Source: an uncultured Acidobacteriota bacterium (GTDB lineage Bacteria > Acidobacteriota > Thermoanaerobaculia > UBA5066 > Gp7-AA6). Taken from it: a stretch of 64,000 nucleotides of DNA. The stretch lies in the NCBI GenBank assembly GCA_963782815.1, contig CAWALG010000041.1, positions 184,310-248,309 on the forward strand. Reading direction: 5' to 3'. Under the pieces are notes generated by a model, which was given only the letters and a program-made list of their open reading frames with translations, made no database searches and was not told the DNA's origin. Positions 29,352 to 38,698 of the stretch are shown here, one piece after another. A program made the translations under genes and the position numbers. Position 1 is the stretch's first letter. Each line of letters starts with the position of its first letter.

Positions 29352-31514
29352 TCATGGGCTGCCGACGACCCGGTAGATCGTGGTGCCGCCCGAGAAGGCG
29401 GGAATGAGGAACGGGAGCGAGGCGACGTTGTCGGCGGCGGGATAGGTGCGGCGTTCCATGTCGCCGACGATGACGTGGGTGACCTTGTACTTCTGAACCA
29501 CCAGGGCGGCGGTCCGCGGATCGCTCGCGGTGTAGAACGCCTTGACGGCGGCGGATCGTTGCGCGACCTCCGGGTCGTTGGACCGCCAGAGCCCCTCGTG
29601 GTTTGCCCAGCCGAGCACCGTCGGGATTCCCGTGTGCGAGGAGATCCGCGCGAACTCCGAATAGGGATCCCCGGTCGCCTCGAGGAGGACCGACTTGCCC
29701 GGCGCGCGGCCGACGAGCCACTCGATCGCCGCCGCGTCCCCGGAGTTGCGCCGGGCGAGCGCCCCGCGCAGGTCGAGCGAGAAGGCGCCTTCGCGCTGCC
29801 GGAACCGGGAGACCGCGGCCTCGCGGGATAGAGGAGGGAAAGCAGCATCGCCGCCGTCAGCGTGAATCGAACCGCGAGGGACCGGTGTCCGGCCTCGCGC
29901 CACGCGCGCTCGGCCAGCACCGCGCCGCCGACGGCGAGGAGCGGCCATGCCTGATGGTAGAACTTGAAGATCGTGTTCATGCGCTGAAGGGCCTGTCCGT
30001 ACGAGTCCTTGAAGTAGATGAACTCGCACCCGGCGATCATGCCGACGGCCAGGACGATCAGGAAGGCCGTGAAGAGGTCGTCCGGATTCCCCTCCGGGGA
30101 CCTGACCGCCCTCAGCGCGAGGCGCACGCCGAGGAACCCGAGGGGCAGGATCGCGACGAGCGCGGGCGCCTTCGCGAAGAAGGCGGCGAGAAGGCACGCG
30201 CCCGCGGAAATCGCGACGACGAGGTCCCTCCGGCGGCGCGATTCCTCGTCTCTCTCCGGACCGGGCGGCGCGAGAAACCCGGCGTAACCCGCCGCGAGGA
30301 GGATGGCCCAGACCCCCAGGAACTCCGTCAGGTCCGACGTCAGCGTGGTCCTGCCCAGCCCCTGCGTCTGGAGCGCGTAGGAGCGCGAATAGGGGTAGAA
30401 GAGAAGGAGCGAGACGATCAGGAGTCCGACCCCCGTGATTGCTCCCGTCAGCGCGTCCGCCGGCGAAGGGAGGCGCCGGCCTCCCGTGGTCCGGAACAGG
30501 CAGGTGCAGACGAGGAGGAGACCCATCGCCGGCAGGTTCCAGTTGTTGGCCGCGCGGGCGGTGCCCGCGAGGAGCGTCAGGAGGAAGAGGGGCCAGGCCT
30601 TGCGGAGCAGGTCGGACACCTTCCAGGGGGAGGGGAGCGGCTCCGGGGGGATCTGCAGATAGCGGTGCGCCGCCACGAACGCGGCGATGTAGAAGGGAAA
30701 GGCGGCCAGGTGCGGATGCAGGTCCGCGTGAAAGAACGTGAAGAACGGGAACTCGTTGATCGTGTTTCCCGAGGCGATGACGCGGGAGGCGTGCCAGTAG
30801 TCGAACTCCTTCGCGAAGGGGGCGTGCCAGGCGTCCAGGGCGCCGATCAGGTTCCCGGCGAAGACCGCGCCGATCCCGGCCCAGACTCCCGCGGCCCTCC
30901 GGCCGCCGGAGAGGCGCAGCGCCAGGCAGGCCGCCGCCGTGAAGGAGTAGCCGGCGAAGGTCGCGATCGCGAGGTTGTAGGCCACGAACGTCCGGACCTC
31001 CGAGAGCTTCGCGAGCGCGGCCGCGAGCAGATATCCCCAGTAGTAGTAGTTGATCGTGGCGCCCGACATCCAGGGATCGGCGGGAGGCATGGCGCCGAAC
31101 CGGGTCAGCGAGTTCAAGAACGCGAGGTCCATGAACTTCTCCGCCCCGAGGACCTCGGGCTGGGCCGCCCGGATGAGAATGAAGACGGCCGCCGGAATCC
31201 AGAAGTAGAGCGCCGCGCGTTTCTCCTCGGGTCCCAAAGAACCGCTCGGCGGGTCCTCCCGCGCGCCGCGCCGCGCGACTGACGAGGAAGGAAGCCGTCC
31301 CGACGAGGACGAGGGCGAGGAGCAGGGTTCCCCGCTCGAACCCGATGCTCTTCGAAAGAGACAGGACCCATCCCAGGTAGGCCACCAGCGCCAGCCCCAC
31401 CGGGCGGGAGAGGAGGGCCGCGTCGCGCCGGTCCTCGAAGAAGGCCCGGAGCAGCGGGAGGCACGCGAGGCCCAGCACCTCGACGGTGAGGACCCAAATC
31501 AAGATGTCGCGCAC
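29352..31514 (-). CDS. DUF2298 (YYY-like) integral membrane protein paralog (no NHL tail); 2 compensating frameshifts
   Basis: N-terminus MRDILIWVLTVEVLGLACLPLL... (frame of 31514). Middle in frame of 31237 (EKFMDLAFLNSLTRF, MNTIFKFYHQAWPLLAVG). C-terminus back in first frame (LLEATGDPYSEFARISSHTGIPTVLGWANHEGLWRSN...YRVVGSP). Collinear with the 9741..13022 protein. Confidence 0.65.
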   Translation of the reverse strand: MRDILIWVLTVEVLGLACLPLLRAFFEDRRDAALLSRPVGLALVAYLGWVLSLSKSIGFERGTLLLALVLVGTASFLVSRAARRAGGPAERFFGTRGETRGALLLDSGGRLHSHPGGPARGPRGGEVHGPRVLELADPVRRHASRRSLDVGRHDQLLLLGISARGRAREALGGPDVRGLQPRDRDLRRLLLHGGGLPGAAPLRRPEGRGSLGRDRRGLRREPDRRPGRLARPLREGVRLLARLPRHRLGKHDQRVPVLHVLSRGPASAPGRLSLLHRRVRGGAPLSADPPGAAPLPLEGVRPAPQGLAPLPPDAPRGHRPRGQQLEPAGDGSPPRLHLPVPDHGRPAPPFAGGRADGSNHGGRTPDRLAPSLLPLFALLRAPDAGAGQDHADVGPDGVPGGLGHPPRGGLRRVSRAARSGERRGIAPPEGPRRRDFRGRVPSRRLLREGARARRDPAPRVPRRAPRAEGGQVPGGESGRPLHGLPDRPGRRHDRRVRVHLLQGLVRTGPSAHEHDLQVLPSGMAAPRRRRRGAGRARVARGRTPVPRGSIHADGGDAAFPPLSREAAVSRFRQREGAFSLDLRGALARRNSGDAAAIEWLVGRAPGKSVLLEATGDPYSEFARISSHTGIPTVLGWANHEGLWRSNDPEVAQRSAAVKAFYTASDPRTAALVVQKYKVTHVIVGDMERRTYPAADNVASLPFLIPAFSGGTTIYRVVGSP

Positions 31515-31603
31515 GGAATGAGTTTACAGTCTACCCGCGGGCCGGCCCGGGCGCGAGGGGCGCCGCGGCCGGGGCACCATGCTTGCACGAAGAGGGGACC
31601 GTC

Positions 31604-32319
31604 ATGGGACTGAAGGAATACCAGAAGAAGCGCCGCTTCGACGTGACGTCCGAGCCGCCCGGAGAGGAGAAGGCGCGCCCGAAGTCCCGCCGGAAGCTCG
31701 GCTACGTCATCCAGAAGCATCGCGCCACCGCGCTCCACTACGACTTCCGCCTGGAGTGGAACGGCGTGCTCCTCTCGTGGGCCGTGCCGAAGGGGCCCTC
31801 GCTCGACCCTTCCGTCAAGCGCCTGGCGATGCAGGTCGAGGACCATCCGATCGAGTACGCGAAGTTCGAGGGGATCATCCCGGAGGGAGAGTACGGAGGC
31901 GGCACCGTCATGGTCTGGGACAACGGCGCGTGGGCCCCCGAATCCCCCGACGTGGACGCGGCGTTGAAGAAGGGGGACCTGAAGTTCCTTCTTGCCGGAG
32001 AGAAGCTGCGCGGCTCGTGGGTCCTCGTCCGCACCCGCGGCCGTTATCAGAGGGGAAGCCGGCGTGGCTCCTGATCAAGCACCGCGACGAGTTCGCGTCC
32101 ACGGAGGACATCGCGGAGACGCAGCCGCGTTCGGTCGTGTCGAATCGTCTCCTGATCGAGATCGCGCGGGACGAGGGGGGCAACATGGAGAAAGCCGCGA
32201 CCGGCGATCCGCCGGCCCTCCTCCAGAAGATGCTGAAGAACCCGAAGCTCGTCACCCCTCCGAAGAAGTCGAAGAAGAAAGCCGTCTGGCACTCGGAGGC
32301 GTTAGGTGATAGGTGGTAG
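31604..32319 (+). CDS. Stand-alone LigD 3-prime-phosphoesterase (PE) domain protein; 1 frameshift near 32060
   Basis: MGLKEYQKKRRFDVTSEPPGE...YVIQKHRATALHYDFRLEWNGVLLSWAVPKGPS is the LigD PE signature. C-terminus AWLLIKHRDEF... in the second frame. Last 6 codons lie inside a GGTAGGT hairpin repeat. Confidence 0.75.
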
Positions 32320-32380
32320 GTGATAGGGACCGGGGCCCCTGGCTTGAGCCCTACCACCTACCACCTACGACCTGCCACCT
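32303..32380. repeat. Heptamer-array hairpin, GGTAGGT family
   Basis: ttaggtgataggtggtaggtgatagggaccggggcccctggcttgagccctaccacctaccacctacgacctgccacc: left arm of GGTAGGT-like units, right arm its reverse complement. Confidence 0.85.
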
Positions 32381-32411
32381 TCTGACATGAGCGATCGGAT
32401 TCCCTTTCCGC

Positions 32412-34232
32412 GTGAAGCCGATGCTGGCGACTCTCGTGGACGACCCGTTCCACAAACCGGGCTGGGTGTACGAGGAAAAGTACGACGGATACCGGATCCT
32501 GGCGTACAAGGAGGGGAAGACCGTCACCCTGCTCTCGCGCAATGCGAAGGACCGCACGGTGTCGTTCTCGGATGTTGCTGCCGCGATCAAGACGCTGCGC
32601 GACAGGACGCTGCTCCTGGACGGCGAAGTCGTCGCGTTCGACAAGAAACTGGTCTCCCGCTTCCAGCTCCTTCAGCAGGGCGAGGTCCCGTACGTCTACA
32701 TGGTGTTCGACTGTCTCTATCGCAACGGGAAGGACCTGCGCGGCGACTCCGTTGCCCGTCCGGCGCGCGGCGCTCGAGGAGGCGATCGGCGACACCGAGA
32801 GGCTCTTCCCTTCGCGCCGGCTCGCGGACAACGGGCTCGAGGCGTTCAAGATGGCGAAGAAGAAGGGATACGAGGGCGTCATCGCCAAGGACGCCTCCGC
32901 TCCCTACATCGAGGGGCGCTCGACGAAGTGGTTGAAGGTCAAGGTCCACGAGGAGGAAGAATTCATCATCGTCGGCTTCACGCCGCCGGCCGGCTCGCGC
33001 ACGCACTTCGGCGCGCTGCTGCTCGGGGCCCATCGAGGGAAGGAGCTGCTCTACGTCGGCAAGGTCGGCACCGGGTTCACCAACCGGACGCTGAACGACC
33101 TCCACGCGAAGCTGAGGCCCCTCGCCGTCAAGACGCCGCCCGTCGTCAACCCGCCGCGCGAGAAAGGGGCGGTCTGGATCGACGCCGAAGCTCGTCGCGC
33201 AGATCTCCTACCACGAGCTGACGGCGGACCTGCGCCTGCGCCAGCCCGTGTACCTGGGCCTGCGCGACGACAAGAACACCGCCGAAGTCTTCCTCCCTGG
33301 AGGCAAGATGATGAGTCCCAAGTCCAAGGCGAAATCACAAATCACAAATCACAAATCACAAATCCCCCTCCGTCTCTCCAATCCTTCCAAGGTCTTCTGG
33401 CCCGAGGAGGGGTACACGAAATTCGACCTGGCGCGCTTCTACGACATGGTCTTTCCGAGGCTGAAACCGCACGTGAAAGACCGGCTGCTGTCGCTCGAAC
33501 GCTGCCCGGACGGAATCCAGGGGCAGTGTTTCGTTCAGAAGGAGAAGCCGCCGGGCATGCCGGAAGACACGCCGACGAAGGCGGTCAAGCACGAGAAGGG
33601 GACGACGAACTACGTCGTCGGAGGGAAGCTCGAGACGCAGCTCGCCCTCGTCAACCTCGGCTGCATCGCGGTGCACGTCTGGGGATCCCGGGCGGCCGAC
33701 CCGCGCAAGCCCGACTGGGTCTGTTTCGACCTCGATCCGGACTCGGGCGCCTTCGCCGACGCGGCCAGACGCCGGCTTGAAGGTGAAGGAGGCGCTCGAC
33801 GCGCTCGGCCTCGTCTCCTTCGCGAAGACCTCGGGCAAGAAGGGGATGCACGTCTTCGTCCCGATCCGCGTCGGGCCGGACACCGACGAGGTCCTCGGCT
33901 TCGCGCAGGGTCTCGGCGCGCGCCTGGCGGCGGCGTTCCCGAAAGAGCTGACCGTCGAGGGGCGCATCGCGGCGCGCAAGGGGCGCGTCTATCTCGATCC
34001 CTTCCGCAACGGCTTCGCCCAGACCGTCGTGTCTCCCTTCTGCGTGCGCCACGCCCCGCACGCCCCCGTCTCGACGCCCCTCGACTGGAAGGAAGTTCGC
34101 CCGACGCTCAAACCCGCCGACTTCAATCTCGGCAACTTCGCCGCGCGCCTGGAGAAGCCCGACCCCTGGGCGGATTTCTTCGAGAGCCGGCAGGACCTGA
34201 AGCCGGCGATCAAAGCGTTGAAGAGCCTCTGA
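32412..34232 (+). CDS. ligD: ATP-dependent DNA ligase LigD, ligase plus polymerase/primase domains (no PE domain); 3 frameshifts
   Basis: MKPMLATL...YEEKYDGYR (KxDG adenylation motif), then ...KGYEGVIAKD...KWLKVK, polymerase domain VFWPEEGYTKFDLARFY...HVWGS...DWVCFDLDP...KKGMHVFVPI. Shifts near 32760, 33190 and 33770. Linker contains the (AAATCAC)x4 repeat. Confidence 0.75.
33332..33365. repeat. Intragenic tandem heptamer (AAATCAC)x4-5 encoding KSQITNHKSQITNHKSQI in the ligD linker
   Basis: gaaatcacaaatcacaaatcacaaatcacaaatcc read directly. Confidence 0.8.
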
Positions 34233-34244
34233 AGGAAGAACGAC

Positions 34245-34343
34245 GGTCTAAGGTCGAAGGTCTAAGGTCTAAAGTCCCGGAGCTGATGTCCGCGGCCCCG
34301 GGACCTTGAGACCTTAGACCTTGGACATTAGACCTTAGACTTA
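34245..34343. repeat. Heptamer-array hairpin, AGGTCTA family
   Basis: ggtctaaggtcgaaggtctaaggtctaaagtcccgg...ccgggaccttgagaccttagaccttggacattagaccttagac: inverted arms of AGGTCTA units, loop about 25 nt. Fills the ligD to GT-C intergenic. Confidence 0.85.
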
Positions 34344-34348
34344 GCAGC

Positions 34349-35515
34349 GTGGACTCCCTTCAAAAACTGATCGGCTTTCTCGGACGGCACTTCGGTCCGC
34401 CGCGCCTCTTTCTCCTTGTCGCGGGGTGGGTCCTGGCGCTCGGGGTCTGGGGGATGGTCGCGCGCAACTGGCTCCCGATGGAACACAAGATCACCTGGGA
34501 AATCCCGCTGGAGCTGCGCGCGCCGCTCTACGCGAAGTTCGACTCCGGCTGGTACCTCTCGATCATGGACTGGGGATACGGCCCGCCCCCGCCGGTCGGG
34601 AAGCCTTCGAGCCACGCGTTCTTTCCGCTCTACCCGTTCACGGCGAAGGTCTTCCGCGACACGTTCGCGATGGACGGGTTTCACGCCGGGCTCCTGGTCT
34701 CCTACCTCTGCCTCTTCCTCGCCGCGTCCCTCTTCCTGCGCGAGGGGATCGCTCGGCTGGGGGAGGAGACCGGTTGGCGCTCGGTCTTCTTCCTGCTCCT
34801 CTTCCCGACCGCGTTCTACTTCGCGGCCGTCTATGCGGAGTCGATGGAGCTTCTCTTCGCGCTCCTCGCCTTCCGCGACGCTCGCCGGGGCGAGACCCTG
34901 CGCGCGGCGCTCTGGGGCGCGCTCCTGGGCCTGACCCGCGCCTTCGCTCTCGCGGCCGGCCCGGCGCTCTTCCTCGCGGCCCTCGAGGCTCCGAGACCGC
35001 CAGGGGCGCGGCGACTCCTGCGCGCGGTCTTCCTGGGGGCGGTCCCGGTGGCGGTCGTCTTCCTCTGGATCTACGGGATGGGATGGGCCAGGGGCGAGCC
35101 CGGCCTCTTCTTCCGGTCGATGGAGGGGTGGCATCGCGGCTCGAGCACGCTCGCCGGCGTCCAGGGCTTCTTTCGGGACTTCTACGACCACCTCCGGCTG
35201 GGGCATCTGAAGCAGGAGTTCTCCCTCGCGCTCGACTACTTCATGATCCTCGTCTTCGCGATGATCGGCGTGTACCAGCTCGTCCGCCGCCGCTGGTCCG
35301 ACGCCGCGTGGACCGCCTGCGCGGTCGGCCTCCCGATCACGACCGGGCTCCCCGGCGGCATCCCGCGCTTCTTCGCCGTCGTGTATCCCGCCTCCTTCGC
35401 GCTCGCGGAGGCGACGCGAAACTCCCCCCGCGCCCGCGCCCTCCTCTGGACCGCCTCCGGCCTCCTCCTGCTCGCGTGCGCCGCCCGATTCGTCAACTGG
35501 CAGTGGGTGGCGTGA
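34349..35515 (+). CDS. GT-C-fold membrane glycosyltransferase, PIG-V/GT76-like mannosyltransferase family
   Basis: Intact 388 aa, about 8 TM helices. KFDSGWYLSIMDWGYGPPPPVGKPSSHAFFPLYPF matches the WDxxWYxxIAxxGY...AFFPxYP hallmark of the PIG-V family. Confidence 0.6.
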   Translation: MDSLQKLIGFLGRHFGPPRLFLLVAGWVLALGVWGMVARNWLPMEHKITWEIPLELRAPLYAKFDSGWYLSIMDWGYGPPPPVGKPSSHAFFPLYPFTAKVFRDTFAMDGFHAGLLVSYLCLFLAASLFLREGIARLGEETGWRSVFFLLLFPTAFYFAAVYAESMELLFALLAFRDARRGETLRAALWGALLGLTRAFALAAGPALFLAALEAPRPPGARRLLRAVFLGAVPVAVVFLWIYGMGWARGEPGLFFRSMEGWHRGSSTLAGVQGFFRDFYDHLRLGHLKQEFSLALDYFMILVFAMIGVYQLVRRRWSDAAWTACAVGLPITTGLPGGIPRFFAVVYPASFALAEATRNSPRARALLWTASGLLLLACAARFVNWQWVA

Positions 35516-35600
35516 GAGGTGGTAGGTGGTAAGGTCGTAGGTGGTAGGGGGGCACGAATGACCCCGGTCCCTATCACCTTCCACCTACCACCTAACACCC
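35516..35600. repeat. Heptamer-array hairpin, GGTAGGT family
   Basis: gagaggtggtaggtggtaaggtcgtaggtggtaggggggcacgaatgaccccggtccctatcaccttccacctaccacctaacaccc. Occupies the whole intergenic between the GT-C stop and the MTase start. Confidence 0.85.
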
Positions 35601-35604
35601 TCCT

Positions 35605-36363
35605 ATGAACCCTCGCGAATACGAGGCGCTTCGCGAGGTCGAGGACCGGCACTGGTGGTTTGACGGATTAAGGCGCGACATCTCGACGGAGCTCGCGCGG
35701 ACGCGAACGGGGTTCTCACGGTGGCTCGACGCGGGCAGCGGCACCGGCGGTTCGCTGGCGAACCTTCAACTGCCGGAATCGCCAACGGCATACGGCGTCG
35801 AGGTCTCCTTCGACGGCCTCGTCCTGTCCCGTTCCCGCGGCCTGCGGCGGCTGGCGCGGGCATCCGCCGATGAGCTGCCGTTTCCGAGCGGGACATTCGA
35901 TCTCGTCACGTCGATCGATGTCCTCTGCCACCGCGGCGTCGACGTGCCGCGGGCCCTGGCCGAGGCGCACCGCTGTCTGCGGCTGGGGGGACTCCTGCTT
36001 CTCCAGGTGCCCGCGTTCGATTTTCTTCGGGGGGAACACGACGAGGCCGTCTGGACCAACCGGCGGTATCGGAAGACGGAGGTCGAGAGCCTCCTTTCGG
36101 CCGCGGGCTTTCGGCTGCGCCGCAGCTTCTACCGCAACTCGATCCTGTTTCCGGCGGCGGCGCTCCGGCGGTTGCGGCGTCGCCGCCCGCCGGCCGGCCG
36201 GGACGCGCGCTCCGACGTCGCGCCGGCGCCGAGGGCGCTCGGCCTGCTCTTCTCCGCGATGCTCGGGCTCGAGCGGAGCCTGAGGCGGATCGGCTTCTCC
36301 TTTCCGTTCGGCCTTTCGGTGTTCTGCGTGGCGGAGAAGATGGAGGCTCCCGTTCCACGATAA
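35605..36363 (+). CDS. Class I SAM-dependent methyltransferase (Methyltransf_11-like)
   Basis: WLDAGSGTGGSL motif I, FDLVTSIDVLCH, LRLGGLLLLQVP. Intact 252 aa. Confidence 0.75.
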   Translation: MNPREYEALREVEDRHWWFDGLRRDISTELARTRTGFSRWLDAGSGTGGSLANLQLPESPTAYGVEVSFDGLVLSRSRGLRRLARASADELPFPSGTFDLVTSIDVLCHRGVDVPRALAEAHRCLRLGGLLLLQVPAFDFLRGEHDEAVWTNRRYRKTEVESLLSAAGFRLRRSFYRNSILFPAAALRRLRRRRPPAGRDARSDVAPAPRALGLLFSAMLGLERSLRRIGFSFPFGLSVFCVAEKMEAPVPR

Positions 36364-36397
36364 GATTTTTCGCAAGCGGTAACGGGAGGTTCTGAAA

Positions 36398-37543
36398 TTG
36401 ATTCCGGTGTGGGAGCCGGTCCTGGACGGCAACGAAGAGCGGTATGTGCGCGACTGCCTGGAGACGAACTGGATCTCCTCGCTCGGCCAGTACATCACCC
36501 GCTTCGAGGAGGCCTTCGCGCGCTGGTGCGGAATGCCTCACGCGGTGGCGTGCTCGAGCGGGACGGCGGCCCTTCACCTCTCGCTCGTCGCGCTCGGGAT
36601 CGGCCCGGGAGACGAGGTTCTCATCCCCGACTTCACGCTCATCGTCTCCGCCAATACCGTGATCCTCGCGGGCGCTCGGCCGGTGCTGGTGGACGTGGAG
36701 CCGAAGACCTGGTGCCTGGACCCCGGGAAGATCGAGGCGAAGATCACGCCCCGCACGCGGGCGATCATGGCCGTGCACATGTACGGCCACCCCTGCGACA
36801 TGCCGGCCATCGGCGAGATCGCGCGCCGCCACAACCTCGCCGTCATCGAGGACTGCGCCGAAGCGCACGGCGCGGAGATCGCGGGGCGGAAGGTCGGCAC
36901 CTTCGGCGACGCCGGGTGCTTCAGCTTCTACGGCAACAAGATCCTGACGACCGGCGAAGGCGGAATGGTCCTGACTCGCGACGGGGAGCTCGCCGCCAGG
37001 CTCCGCCTGCTGCGCGACCAGGGTTTCGAGCCTCCGCGCTTCGTCCACCGGGTCGTGGGCTTCAACTACCGGCTCACCAACGTGCAGGCCGCGATCGGGC
37101 TCGCGCAGACGGAAAAGGCGGACGAGAAGGTGCGCTTGAAGCGCGAGATCGCCAGCTGGTACCTCGCGCGGCTCGGCCCCTGCGAGGACGTCGAAGTCCC
37201 GACGGAGGCTCCCGGCGCGAAGAACGTCTACTGGATGCTCGGCGTCAAGCTCGGTCCGCGCTTTCCGCAGGGGCGGGACGCCGTGATGGACGAGCTCAAG
37301 GCAAAGGGGATCGAGACGCGCGCCTTCTTCTGCCCGATGCATCAACAGCCCGTGTTCCAGGGAAGCGATCCGCGGTATCCCGACGTCCGCGGCGACTATC
37401 CCGTCTCCGAAGACCTCTGGAACCGCGGCCTGTACCTGCCCTCCGGCCTCGGCCTGACCAGCTCGCAGGTCCATGAGATCGTGGACAGGCTCCTGGAGTG
37501 CCGCCGTCCTTCACCCTCTCCCCCCGGGAGAGGGAAGGGGTGA
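36398..37543 (+). CDS. DegT/DnrJ/EryC1/StrS-family PLP-dependent sugar aminotransferase (ArnB/FdtB-like)
   Basis: Intact 381 aa. VWEPVLDGNEERYVRDCLETNWISS, ACSSGTAALHL, FSFYGNKILTTGEGGMV (Lys of FYGNK as PLP site). C-terminal 10 codons run into the palindromic repeat at 37512. Confidence 0.8.
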   Translation: MIPVWEPVLDGNEERYVRDCLETNWISSLGQYITRFEEAFARWCGMPHAVACSSGTAALHLSLVALGIGPGDEVLIPDFTLIVSANTVILAGARPVLVDVEPKTWCLDPGKIEAKITPRTRAIMAVHMYGHPCDMPAIGEIARRHNLAVIEDCAEAHGAEIAGRKVGTFGDAGCFSFYGNKILTTGEGGMVLTRDGELAARLRLLRDQGFEPPRFVHRVVGFNYRLTNVQAAIGLAQTEKADEKVRLKREIASWYLARLGPCEDVEVPTEAPGAKNVYWMLGVKLGPRFPQGRDAVMDELKAKGIETRAFFCPMHQQPVFQGSDPRYPDVRGDYPVSEDLWNRGLYLPSGLGLTSSQVHEIVDRLLECRRPSPSPPGRGKG

Positions 37544-37547
37544 GGGC
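37512..37547. repeat. GC-rich palindrome, family C (CCCTCTCCCCCCGGGAGAGGG[A/T]AGGGGTGAGGGC)
   Basis: caccctctccccccgggagagggaaggggtgagggc. Second copy at 44725..44760 inside the lipB-lipA junction. Confidence 0.75.
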
Positions 37548-37564
37548 GCCAGTCTCCGCCCAGG

Positions 37565-38314
37565 ATGATGAATAACGCCACCGAGAACCCCGCGCCCGAG
37601 ACCCTCCCCGACCCGCGCGTCTCGATCGTGCTCGCCACCTTCAACGAGCGCGACAACATCGTGGACACGATCCGGAGCATCTTCGAGCACGTCGGCGACT
37701 CCGTCGAGATCATCGTCGTGGACGACGATTCACCCGACCAGACCTGGCACCTCGTGGAGAACCTGCGTCACCCCCGCGTCAAGCTCATCCGCCGCGTCGG
37801 GACGCGCGGCCTCGCCTCCGCGTTCAATCGGGGGATTCTCGAGAGCCGCGGCGCGGTCGTCGGATGGATGGACGCCGACATGTGCATGCCGCCGGCGATG
37901 CTGCCCGGCATGATCGGGCTCCTGGACCGATACGACGTCGTCGTCGGATCCCGTTACGCCCCCGGCGGCAGGGACGACCGCGTGTGGCTGCGCGTCCTCG
38001 CCAGCCGCGCCATCAACGGGCTCGCCACCCTCGTCCTGGGCTACGGCATCCGCGACTACGACAGCGGGTTCGTCGTGCTGCGGCGCGGCGTCTTCGACAA
38101 GGTGTCTCTCATCCCGACCGGCTACGGCGCCTACTTCATGGAGTTTCTCTACAACTGCCGGCGCAAGGGGCTGACCGTCCACGAAGTTCCCTATACGTTC
38201 CGCGACCGGCAGAAGGGGATCTCCAAGTCCGCGCCGAGCCTCCTCCGGTTCTTCCGGACCGGCCTCCAGTACGTGAACCGCATCTTCGTCGCGCGCCTGC
38301 GGCACGAGGAGTGA
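37565..38314 (+). CDS. GT2-family polyprenol-phosphate glycosyltransferase (DPM1/ArnC-like)
   Basis: Intact 249 aa. VSIVLATFNERDNI, VVDDDSPDQT, GWMDADM (DxD), VVGSRY. Confidence 0.8.
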   Translation: MMNNATENPAPETLPDPRVSIVLATFNERDNIVDTIRSIFEHVGDSVEIIVVDDDSPDQTWHLVENLRHPRVKLIRRVGTRGLASAFNRGILESRGAVVGWMDADMCMPPAMLPGMIGLLDRYDVVVGSRYAPGGRDDRVWLRVLASRAINGLATLVLGYGIRDYDSGFVVLRRGVFDKVSLIPTGYGAYFMEFLYNCRRKGLTVHEVPYTFRDRQKGISKSAPSLLRFFRTGLQYVNRIFVARLRHEE

Positions 38315-38317
38315 GTC

Positions 38318-38698
38318 CTGGCGCACGCGATTGTCACCGCCGGTTTCGAGAGGAAGGACGAGCGGGGCGTGTTTCGCGAGGTCCTGAACGGCTTCGAGGC
38401 GCGGACCTTTGTCTGCGGAGAGATGAAGGAAGGCGCCGTCCTCGGCAATCATTTCCACAAACGGACGCGCGTCTTCTTCTACCTGACTCGCGGCGCGGCG
38501 CGGGTCGCGACGGTGGACGTCGGGACGGGGGAGAGAGATTCCTTCAGCCTGAAAGCGAACCAGGGCTGCTTCTTCGAGGTGAACGAGTCCCACGCCGTGC
38601 GATTCACCGAGGGGAGCGAGTTCGTAATGCTGAAGTCCCTCGCCTACGATCCTGCCGATCCCGACACCTACTCGCACCCGGTCGATGGGAAACCCTGA
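38318..38698 (+). CDS. WxcM/FdtA-like cupin (sugar 3,4-ketoisomerase-like)
   Basis: FERKDERGVFREVLNG...GNHFHKRTRVFFYLTRGAARV...NESHAVRF...YDPADPDTYSH fits the FdtA/WxcM cupin. No ATG; GTG at 38369 or CTG at 38318, so the start is uncertain. Confidence 0.6.
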   Translation: MAHAIVTAGFERKDERGVFREVLNGFEARTFVCGEMKEGAVLGNHFHKRTRVFFYLTRGAARVATVDVGTGERDSFSLKANQGCFFEVNESHAVRFTEGSEFVMLKSLAYDPADPDTYSHPVDGKP

